From Candidatus Thermofontivivens primus (GTDB lineage: Bacteria > Sysuimicrobiota > Sysuimicrobiia > Sysuimicrobiales > Thermofontiviventaceae), in the NCBI GenBank assembly GCA_031458695.1, contig JAVKJW010000044.1:1-13176 (forward strand): 13,176 bases of DNA, in the 5' to 3' direction. Position 1 is the first letter of the stretch, and every line of letters starts with the position of its first letter. The notes under the pieces were generated by a model. The model saw only the letters and a program-made list of their open reading frames with translations. It was not told the origin of the DNA and did no database searches. This document shows positions 6,348 through 13,176 of this stretch, in pieces. The translations under genes were made by a program, and so were the position numbers.

Positions 6348-8077
6348 TACAGCCTTTCCACCTCCACCTGCCCTTTCGTCCCTGCAAGGGCTTCCTCCGC
6401 TACCGGCTGGACACCTGGCTCGAACTCACGGAGCTCACGCCTCCGCACGGGCTCTGGCCACAGCCCTTCTGGTCGGAGAAGCATCATTGCCACCAGGGCA
6501 GCGCCATAAACGAGAAGCCGAAATTCGGAGAACTCCCGGAGGAGTTCCGGTAAACCGATCAGGGCAAGCGAACCGACAACAACCCCCGGCAGGCTTCCTA
6601 GACCGCCCACAATGAGCAAAGCCAGGACGTTGATCGAGATGAACAGGTTGAACGAGTGGGGGAAGACCGACCCCACCATGGAGGCGAAGATCGCACCTGC
6701 AACCCCCGCGAAGGAGGCGCCGATGCCAAAGGCAAGAAGCTTTGCGTTGATGAGGTTGATCCCCATCGCCGCTGCCACGTCCTCGTCCTCCCGGATAGCG
6801 ATCCAAGCCCGCCCTATCCGAGAGTCCCGGAGGCGCCAGGCAATGTACGCGACCACCACACAGAAGATCACAGTCACATAGAAGATCTGCTGGGGGGTTG
6901 CCAGCTCGAACCCGAAGATCATGGGCTTTGGGATCTCCAGAATTCCCTGAGACCCTCCAAGCCACGGGCGGAGGAAGTCTGAGAGGACCAGCAACCGGAT
7001 AATCTCGCCGAAGCCCAGGGTCGCGATGGCTAAGTAGTCACCCCGGATCCCGAGCACGGGGACACCAAGCATCACCCCCGCCAGGAGGGACATCAGCACG
7101 ACGATGGGGATCGCTCCCCAGAAGGAAATATGCGCAATCCCAAGAGGCCCCTGGGAGGTCAGAAGTGCAGCAGTGTAGGCGCCGATAGCGAAGAAAGCGA
7201 CAAAGCCGAGGTCGAAGAGGCCGGCGAAGCCGAGGTCAACGTTCAGGCCAAACCCCATAAGGGTGTACAGCCCCACGAACACGAGGACCTGGGCGAAGAA
7301 CGACCCTGTAACGATGGGCAGGATCAGGACAAGAAGAATCCCCGCCACCAGGAGAAGCGCACGGAGGCTCTTCTGACCCGCCGCGGGTAATTGGTTCGCC
7401 CGCTGTCGGATACTCTCCCTATACTTCGTCCACAGGGCGTTGCCTACAGCCGTGACCACGAGGAGGAAAGAAGCTCCAGGAATCGTAAGGCCCCTCACAT
7501 CAAAGAGGAAACGGCGGATTTCTTCGATTGCTTCCGGACCTGCGAGCATGATCTCCAGTTGTTCCTGAAACAGGCTCACGAGAAAGATGGTGGTTACGCC
7601 TACACCAACGGGGCGAAGAATTCTTCGAGGGATCCGCAAGATCAAGACGCTGCTCATCCCCAAGAACGCTCCCACAACCAAGAGGAGCAAGCCTCCCCTG
7701 ACCAGGCCCCTCCCGAAGGTGAGCAGCTCGAAGAGAGTCGGCGAGGCGTTGACGAACATCGAGCGGAGATGCACAAAGTTCCCAAGGAGAGGAAGAGTGA
7801 AGAGGACCAGCCCAGCGAGGGACCCTGCGAGAGCACCGTAAGCAACACTGTGCCATGGACGGTCCTTTGGAATCCGACGAGCAACCACGAATCCGGCACC
7901 CAATCCCGTCAGCAGCAACAAAGCCTGGCCCAGGGAGATCACCCCAGCGATCACCGCGCGCCCGTGGAAGGTCTCCACCATCCCCACGAGCGAGAGGTAA
8001 ACCCCCACAACACCGAAGATCAGCCCAATCTGGACCGCCTGCCTCAAAGGTGTTCTCTGCGCGCCCGATGCTCCCAT
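6347..8077 (-). CDS. livM: HAAT ABC transporter permease LivM with a long N-terminal membrane extension (576 aa)
   Basis: C-terminal LivM motifs: GLNVDLGFAGLFDLGFVAFFAIGAY, RGDYLAIATLGFGEI, GRAWIAIREDE, GGLGS, RPEGL. The first ~230 aa are additional hydrophobic helices. Confidence 0.9.
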   Translation of the reverse strand: MGASGAQRTPLRQAVQIGLIFGVVGVYLSLVGMVETFHGRAVIAGVISLGQALLLLTGLGAGFVVARRIPKDRPWHSVAYGALAGSLAGLVLFTLPLLGNFVHLRSMFVNASPTLFELLTFGRGLVRGGLLLLVVGAFLGMSSVLILRIPRRILRPVGVGVTTIFLVSLFQEQLEIMLAGPEAIEEIRRFLFDVRGLTIPGASFLLVVTAVGNALWTKYRESIRQRANQLPAAGQKSLRALLLVAGILLVLILPIVTGSFFAQVLVFVGLYTLMGFGLNVDLGFAGLFDLGFVAFFAIGAYTAALLTSQGPLGIAHISFWGAIPIVVLMSLLAGVMLGVPVLGIRGDYLAIATLGFGEIIRLLVLSDFLRPWLGGSQGILEIPKPMIFGFELATPQQIFYVTVIFCVVVAYIAWRLRDSRIGRAWIAIREDEDVAAAMGINLINAKLLAFGIGASFAGVAGAIFASMVGSVFPHSFNLFISINVLALLIVGGLGSLPGVVVGSLALIGLPELLREFSEFRLLVYGAALVAMMLLRPEGLWPEPVRRRELREFEPGVQPVAEEALAGTKGQVEVERL

Positions 8078-8088
8078 GCTCGACCCAC

Positions 8089-9159
8089 CTACGCCTTCTT
8101 CACGGCAAGCCGCTCACCCAGGATGCCAGATGGCCGGAAGATCAGGACCATCACGAGCATGGTGAATGCGATCACGTCCTTCAGCTGGTACGGTGCGACG
8201 ATCCCCAGACCATCGAGGATTAACGCCGGACCAATCGACTCGATCAGCCCTAAGAACATCCCACCCAGCATGGCTCCTGGAATGTTCCCGATACCTCCCA
8301 ACACAGCGGAGGTGAACGCCTTGATCCCTGGGACGAACCCCATGAAGAAGTGAACTTGCTTAAACACCATCGCATAAAGAACGCCTGCGGCTCCGGCCAT
8401 CGCCCCGCCCACAGCAAAGGTGATAGCAATCACCCGGTCTACATTCACTCCCATGAGGGCCGCTGCGTCCATATCCTCCGACACTGCCCGCATGGCAGTT
8501 CCGATCTTCGTGCGCATCACGAAGGTATACAGGCCCACCATCATCAGAACGGAAGCCACCAGCACCAGCACCTGCGTCCTCAGGACCGGGACCCCGAAGA
8601 TGATCCAGTCTCCTTTGAGGACGTCGAACTCTGGATAGGCCTTAAACCCGGAACCGTATAGACCCCGGAAGGTGTACTGGAGGAAGAAGGAAGCTCCGAT
8701 GGCCGTGATCAAAGGAACCAAGCGAGGGGCATAGCGGAGAGGCCTATAGGCGATGCGCTCGAGGAGCACCGCCACGCCCATAGACACGCTCATGGCAATG
8801 GACAGCAAGATGAGGAAGCTGATCAATGGGTGCCGGTTGAGATAGCCGGAGTTATAAAGCGCTGCGGCGGCGAAGTACGCGGTGTAGGCCCCGCTCATGA
8901 ACACCTCGCCGTGGGCGAAGTTGATCATGCGCAAGATCCCGTACACCATCGTGTATCCGAGGGCGATGAGGGCGTAGATGCCTCCCTGGGCAAGGCCAAA
9001 GACTGTGAAGAAGATCCAGTGCTCCCTCTGGTACTTCCCGGCCATCAGGGTCCCTGCGGTCCCCCAGATCACCACCACGATGACCGCGATCCGGAAAGCC
9101 CAGAGGAAGAGGTTCACAAACGAAAGCCTTTGCCACCAGATACGCTGTATCGCGATCAC
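8089..9159 (-). CDS. livH: HAAT ABC transporter permease LivH
   Basis: GGIYALIALGYTMVYGILRMINFAHGE, ERIAYRPLR, GTAMRAVSED, KAFTSAVLGGIG, RPSGILG. GTG start at 9159 chosen behind GAGGGAGG (the track start is TTG 9177). Confidence 0.92.
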   Translation of the reverse strand: MIAIQRIWWQRLSFVNLFLWAFRIAVIVVVIWGTAGTLMAGKYQREHWIFFTVFGLAQGGIYALIALGYTMVYGILRMINFAHGEVFMSGAYTAYFAAAALYNSGYLNRHPLISFLILLSIAMSVSMGVAVLLERIAYRPLRYAPRLVPLITAIGASFFLQYTFRGLYGSGFKAYPEFDVLKGDWIIFGVPVLRTQVLVLVASVLMMVGLYTFVMRTKIGTAMRAVSEDMDAAALMGVNVDRVIAITFAVGGAMAGAAGVLYAMVFKQVHFFMGFVPGIKAFTSAVLGGIGNIPGAMLGGMFLGLIESIGPALILDGLGIVAPYQLKDVIAFTMLVMVLIFRPSGILGERLAVKKA

Positions 9160-9177
9160 GGTCCTCCCTCGCAACAA

Positions 9178-9214
9178 CCGGGGATGAGCCTGCTAGACCC
9201 AGGCTCATCCCCGG
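9178..9214 (-). terminator. Perfect 15-bp intercistronic stem-loop between livK and livH (mRNA stabiliser or leaky terminator)
   Basis: CCGGGGATGAGCCTG-ctagacc-CAGGCTCATCCCCGG; followed on the minus strand by UUGUUG, only a weak U-tract. Confidence 0.7.
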
Positions 9215-9237
9215 CCTTCTTATCCGGTGAGCTCACC

Positions 9238-10509
9238 TCACCGCTTTACATATGGTGTCCAGATCTTCTTGGGGTTCACCCCAGGGTTCCACGTCGCTGG
9301 GTCGGTATTGACAACCTGGTAGACGGCGATCTTGGGATCGGCGCAGTCCCCCCACTGGTTGCACGTAAGGATACCAGTCAATCCCTTGAAGTTCTTGGTG
9401 GCGTACAGGGCATCGCGCAGGGCCTTCCGTCCAATGTACAGGTTCCCCGCGGCATCGGTCTTGGCCACCTTCTTGATCGCTTCGAAGATCATCATGGCAG
9501 CGTCATAGGCGTGTGCGTGGAACGGTGCCAGAGGTTTCTCCCCGTACTTCTTCTCGTGCTTCTTCAGGAACTCCACATACCGCGGTCCGAGGGCCTCCGG
9601 GGAGAGATCAGGGCTCGTATGGTACATCCCTAGAGCAGCAGGCCCTGCCGCCCTCAGGAAGTCCGGGGAGAACATACCGTCAGCACCCATGAGGGCAGTC
9701 TTCTTGAGCCCACCGATCTCCTTCGCCTGCCGCGTCACGTGTCCGCCCGCGGCGATGAAGATCGGGTAGTAGATGATGTCAGGGACGCCTAGGGAGATCC
9801 GTGTCAGCACAGGGCGCATGTCTGTATCTGTGGGGGAAATGGCCTCCCGAGCAACGATCTTCCCACCAAGCTTCTCGAAGTTCTCCGCAAACACGGCAGC
9901 CAGCTGCTCAGCGTACGGGCTCCCATCGTGGATGGTCGCTGCCTTATTGGCTTTGAGGACCTTTCGGGCAAACTCCGCTGCGACCCTCCCCTGGACTTTA
10001 TCGTTGTGGGCGGTCCGCAGGTATCCATCGTAGCCAGGACCGCGCTTGGGGTCCGTCAGGATCGGAGCAGTATTGGAGGGGGAGACGGTGGGGATGCCGG
10101 CCTTCCAGAGAATGGGGACACCGGGCACTGCTTCGCTCGAGCAGTTAGAACCCACTGCTGCGACGACTTGCTTGTTCGCCGCGATCTTGGTCGCTGCGGT
10201 CACACCACCCTCAGCATTGCACCCGGAGTTCTCGCCAATGAGCTTGATGGGATGGCCGAGGAGCTTCCCACCAATATCATCCACGGCGATCTCGACCCCG
10301 CGCTTGGTGTCGATGCCCAAGCTCGCATCAGGCCCCTCAACCACGAACCACCAGGCGATCACAATGGGCTCGCCTTTTCCGATCTTCACGACCCCAATGG
10401 GATCTGTGACAGGGCCGACGGTAGCAGCGGGGGCAAGGGGTACAAGATAAGCGCCCACCGTAACCAAGACTAAGGCGACGAAGATCTTCAGAAAATTCAA
10501 TCGCCTCAT
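9238..10509 (-). CDS. livK: HAAT ABC transporter substrate-binding protein (LivK/LivJ family)
   Basis: Sec-type signal peptide (MRRLNFLKIFVALVLV...APA); SGCNAEG...GSNCSS Cys pair, SPSNTAP, YLRTAHNDKVQG, HDGSPYAEQL, MGADG, AYDA, FKGLTG. ATG 10509 follows AGGAGG. The exact ligand is unknown. Confidence 0.9.
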   Translation of the reverse strand: MRRLNFLKIFVALVLVTVGAYLVPLAPAATVGPVTDPIGVVKIGKGEPIVIAWWFVVEGPDASLGIDTKRGVEIAVDDIGGKLLGHPIKLIGENSGCNAEGGVTAATKIAANKQVVAAVGSNCSSEAVPGVPILWKAGIPTVSPSNTAPILTDPKRGPGYDGYLRTAHNDKVQGRVAAEFARKVLKANKAATIHDGSPYAEQLAAVFAENFEKLGGKIVAREAISPTDTDMRPVLTRISLGVPDIIYYPIFIAAGGHVTRQAKEIGGLKKTALMGADGMFSPDFLRAAGPAALGMYHTSPDLSPEALGPRYVEFLKKHEKKYGEKPLAPFHAHAYDAAMMIFEAIKKVAKTDAAGNLYIGRKALRDALYATKNFKGLTGILTCNQWGDCADPKIAVYQVVNTDPATWNPGVNPKKIWTPYVKR

Positions 10510-10857
10510 CCTTTTCCCTCCTCCTTTCGCGATAGTCTCACCTGCACTTCCCATGGGTTTCGGAGAGAATCACAAACCTTAGAGAAAACCCTGCTCCTTC
10601 CCACCTGTCCCTTCAGCGCTCACCCCCCTACCGCAGAGTGTAGATTGCATTTGCTCCTTTGGCCTTTTCCCAGTACAAAATAAAAGCGATATACACTTAC
10701 GTTCGCTAACCTCGGGCCACTTCCTCCTCCAATGAGAGCGGAAAAATCCAGAAATTTTCCTCGAAACTTTCCCACACTACAGGAACGGCAGGTAACCCCC
10801 TTCAGCTTTAGAAGCCACCCTTGCAGAGAACGCCTGAGAAGTTGACGGAGCAAATCC

Positions 10858-10932
10858 TGGTGGGCGGTAGAGGCTTTGAACCTCTGACCTCCTGCGTGTG
10901 AAGCAGGCGCTCTCCCGCTGAGCTAACCGCCC
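10858..10932 (-). tRNA. tRNA-Val (anticodon CAC), 75 nt, CCA encoded
   Basis: Folded by hand: acceptor GGGCGGT/ACCGCCC-ACCA, D arm GCTC/GAGC, anticodon stem CCTGC/GCAGG with loop TT-CAC-AC, T arm AGAGG-TTCAAAG-CCTCT. Confidence 0.97.
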
Positions 10933-10948
10933 TCCCTGTTGTATTTTC

Positions 10949-10977
10949 ATTATACGATACGCGCACTCCTTCCTCAA
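10949..10977 (-). promoter_or_regulatory. Sigma70-type promoter of tRNA-Val
   Basis: Minus strand TTGAGG (10977-10972), 17 bp, TATAAT (10954-10949), 16 nt upstream of the mature tRNA 5' end. Confidence 0.75.
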
Positions 10978-10995
10978 CTCTTCATGCGAAGAACC

Positions 10996-11077
10996 GAGCC
11001 CGTCCAAGTAAGATCCTTTCGGTTGGGCCTGGGACCCAAGTACCCAGGGAAAAGTCTGACTTTGACGGGGCCTCTCT
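10996..11077. repeat. Possible MITE-like remnant with imperfect terminal inverted repeats
   Basis: GAGCCCGTCCAAGT (10996-11009) pairs imperfectly with ACTTTGACGGGGCCTC (11059-11074). The right end also matches 2554-2575 in inverted orientation. Confidence 0.35.
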
Positions 11078-11091
11078 TGAAAGAGCAGGAT

Positions 11092-11124
11092 CCCAGCAAA
11101 AGCTCGACAAGAGATTTTGCTGGG
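11092..11124 (-). terminator. Stem-loop 20 nt downstream of the dehydrogenase stop; possible terminator or stabiliser
   Basis: CCCAGCAAAA-g-CTC-gacaa-GAG-a-TTTTGCTGGG; no clean U-tract follows. Confidence 0.5.
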
Positions 11125-11144
11125 GGTTATTTGGGGTGGCTCGC

Positions 11145-12107
11145 TCACCGGAACACCTCCGGGTTCGCCGTCCCTTGCGGGATCTCCCCATGCAATGCAC
11201 GCACAACCTCCCGGGCGCAGTACATGTCCATCATCTCGAGCGTCTCCACAGTGTAGGTCCCCATATGCGGAGTGCAGACTACGTTCTCAAGCTCGAGCAG
11301 AGGGTTCCCCTTTGGAGGTTCCTCGGAAAAGACGTCCAGGGCGGCACCCGCGATCCACCCCTTGGTAAGAGCCTGATAAAGAGCCGCTTCGTCTACCACG
11401 CCTCCACGGCTTGTGTTGATCAGATACGCGGTGGGCTTCATCATTTTCAGCTCCCGAAGCGAGATGAACCCTTTCGTCGCCGGTGTGAGAGGGAGGTGAA
11501 TGGTGACAAAATCAGCTTCCTGAAGGAGCATGGGGAGATCCGCAAATTCTACCCCCAGTTCGCGGGCAAGGTCCGGATCAGGAGATCGGTCATATGCAAG
11601 GAGGCGCATGGAAAAGCCCCGCGCCCTCCTGGCCACAGCTGAGCCGATCCTCCCAAAACCGACAATCCCCAACGCCTTCCCCCAGACATCCCTGCCAATG
11701 GGACGATCCCAGTATCCTGCTCGCACCCGACGATCTGCCTGGGGGATGTGTCTTGCGACTGCCAGGATAAGACCGAAAGTAAGATCGGCCACTGACTCCG
11801 CATCCATCCTAGGCAAAGAGAAGACGACGACCCCGCGCTCCGTTGCCCCACGGAGGTCGATGAGGTCCAAACTGGCTCCTCTCCTGGCGATAACCCGCAG
11901 GAGGTCAGCGCTGTTGAGGCTCTTTGGACCGACCTCATCGAGACCAGCAATGAGCGCGTGGAACCCGGGGATGAGACGAGCAAGCTCCTCATCGCGAAGG
12001 GGGCGCCGGGGGCCGAAGATGACCTCACATTGGTGGTCCCGCAGATACTCCACAGGCTTGTTGGAAGCAAGGCCAAAGGTTGTCGAGGTCACGAGAACAC
12101 GGTGCAC
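11145..12107 (-). CDS. D-isomer-specific 2-hydroxyacid dehydrogenase (phosphoglycerate dehydrogenase-like, no ACT domain)
   Basis: GIVGFGRIG Rossmann motif, YD (NAD-type acidic residue), HLPLT, NTSRG (Arg), DVFSEEP (Glu), TPHMG (His). GTG start abuts the upstream TGA. Confidence 0.9.
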   Translation of the reverse strand: MHRVLVTSTTFGLASNKPVEYLRDHQCEVIFGPRRPLRDEELARLIPGFHALIAGLDEVGPKSLNSADLLRVIARRGASLDLIDLRGATERGVVVFSLPRMDAESVADLTFGLILAVARHIPQADRRVRAGYWDRPIGRDVWGKALGIVGFGRIGSAVARRARGFSMRLLAYDRSPDPDLARELGVEFADLPMLLQEADFVTIHLPLTPATKGFISLRELKMMKPTAYLINTSRGGVVDEAALYQALTKGWIAGAALDVFSEEPPKGNPLLELENVVCTPHMGTYTVETLEMMDMYCAREVVRALHGEIPQGTANPEVFR

Positions 12108-13046
12108 TCAACCACCGCCCTCCCTTGCTGCCTGTTCTTTGAACGCCTCGACAGTACGGCGCAACCCTTCTTCCAAGGTCACCTTCGGCCTCCAGCCTAG
12201 CAGGGAGCGCGCGCGATCTGGGTCCAGGGCAATGCGGTAGACATCCCCGGGACGCGGCGCCGCGTACACGGGGGGATCCGTAAACCCCGTTAGTTGCGCA
12301 AGCTTCGCATAGAGGAGGTTCACAGAGGTTTCTACTCCGGTCCCAATGTTCATCACCCCTACCACCTCCGACTGCATCGCAAGAAGGTTCGCCTGCACAA
12401 CATCCTCCACATAGACGAAATCTCTCGTCTGGGTGCCATCACCAAAGATGGTCGGCGCCCTTCCCCGAAGCATCGCATCGATGAAGATCGCGACCACGCC
12501 CGCCTCCCCGGTAGGGTCCTGGCGCGGGCCGTACACATTGGCGTAGCGGAGGGAGACATAGGGAAGGCCATAGGCTTTATGGTAGAACGCGAGGTAGAGT
12601 TCTCCGATGTACTTGGTGATCCCGTAAGGGCTAATCGGGGCAATTGGGTGGTCCTCAGTGACGGGGATAGAAATTGGCTCGCCATAGATCGCTCCCCCGG
12701 TGGAGGCGAAAACCACCTTGCGCACCTTCCAGCGCACACACTGCTCCAGGATTTGAACAGTCCCAAGGACGTTCACCATAGCATCATATCGCGGCTCTTG
12801 CACGGAGCGGACCACGGAAGCCTGGGCCGCGTGATGGACCACAATTTCGGGACGCTCCTCTGCGAATACCTCTCCAAGGTGATTGCTGGCGATGTCGACC
12901 TGGTAGAACTTCGCGCGTGGATGGACATTCTCCCTCCGCCCCGATGAGAGGTCATCAACGACGATGACCTCGTAGCCAGAAGCAATCGAGGCGTCCACAA
13001 GATGCGACCCGATGAACCCAGCCCCTCCCGTCACGAGCACCCTCAT
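12108..13046 (-). CDS. NAD-dependent epimerase/dehydratase (extended SDR, UDP-glucose 4-epimerase-like)
   Basis: VLVTGGAGFIG, DDLSSG, HHAAQ, STGGAIYG, catalytic YGITK, LRYANVYGP, GDGTQTRDFVYVED, RPGD. Confidence 0.92.
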   Translation of the reverse strand: MRVLVTGGAGFIGSHLVDASIASGYEVIVVDDLSSGRRENVHPRAKFYQVDIASNHLGEVFAEERPEIVVHHAAQASVVRSVQEPRYDAMVNVLGTVQILEQCVRWKVRKVVFASTGGAIYGEPISIPVTEDHPIAPISPYGITKYIGELYLAFYHKAYGLPYVSLRYANVYGPRQDPTGEAGVVAIFIDAMLRGRAPTIFGDGTQTRDFVYVEDVVQANLLAMQSEVVGVMNIGTGVETSVNLLYAKLAQLTGFTDPPVYAAPRPGDVYRIALDPDRARSLLGWRPKVTLEEGLRRTVEAFKEQAAREGGG

Positions 13047-13052
13047 ACCTCT

Positions 13053-13176
13053 TCACCTGCCCCAAAGCCTAGGAAGCCAAGAGTATCCCAGAAGATAGGA
13101 AAACACCACTGCCCCGGCAAAAAATGCAAGACCTCCCAACATGCTCACTGCAGGGGACCATGCGAGGACACCGAGG
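13053..13176 (-). CDS. 3' end of a membrane protein gene (runs off the right edge)
   Basis: Translated by hand: ...LGVLAWSPAVSMLGGLAFFAGAVVFSYLLGYSWLPRLWGR*; hydrophobic; stop at 13055-13053, 6 nt before the epimerase ATG. Confidence 0.6.
   Translation of the reverse strand, partial: LGVLAWSPAVSMLGGLAFFAGAVVFSYLLGYSWLPRLWGR

Noticed and set aside
10486..10509. Tat signal in LivK (MRRLNFLK)
   Set aside because: Spacing is RRxxFLK rather than RRxFLK; the hydrophobic core and A-P-A site fit a Sec signal.
10742..10756. CodY-like box upstream of livK
   Set aside because: About four mismatches to AATTTTCWGAAAATT, and nothing indicates a CodY-containing host (LivK has no lipobox).
10800..10830. 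T-box riboswitch upstream of the liv operon (AAGGGTGG on the minus strand, 10822-10815)
   Set aside because: The required NACC continuation, stem I and terminator are absent, and it lies too close to the tRNA 3' end.
10858..10880. Genomic island integrated at the tRNA-Val 3' end
   Set aside because: No integrase and no direct repeat of the tRNA 3' end was seen in the window; a more distant att site cannot be excluded.
13043..13147. Alternative frame for the right-edge gene ending in an ATGA overlap with the epimerase
   Set aside because: That frame has a stop at 13147-13145; the frame ending at 13053 is open to the edge and gives a sensible TM sequence.
1..13176. CRISPR array, rRNA, transposase, integrase or phage genes
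   Set aside because: No regularly spaced repeats or corresponding motifs were seen.

Overview
GC-rich bacterial chromosomal window in which every credible gene is on the minus strand. In transcription order (right to left): the 3' end of a membrane-protein gene; a GalE-like NAD-dependent epimerase; a D-2-hydroxyacid (SerA-like) dehydrogenase; tRNA-Val(CAC) with its own sigma70-type promoter; a Liv-type ABC transporter operon (livK-H-M-G, no livF, with an N-terminally extended LivM); a CmtR-like ArsR metal sensor with a clear promoter/operator, followed by a P1B-ATPase that has an atypical CSC intramembrane motif; and a heme-copper oxidoreductase operon. That operon comprises an unannotated 44-aa subunit, a CuA subunit II, a 568-aa subunit I and the start of a further membrane-anchored gene. 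Subunit I keeps all six His ligands but has Gln instead of the cross-linked active-site Tyr (GHPSQQIN), the signature of the eNOR family of nitric oxide reductases rather than a ba3-type O2 reductase. The non-coding DNA contains a 10-7-10 palindromic operator candidate upstream of the eNOR operon and two inverted copies of a ~22-bp IS/MITE-end-like motif. The many plus-strand ORFs in the track are antisense shadows. The host taxon cannot be determined from the sequence alone.
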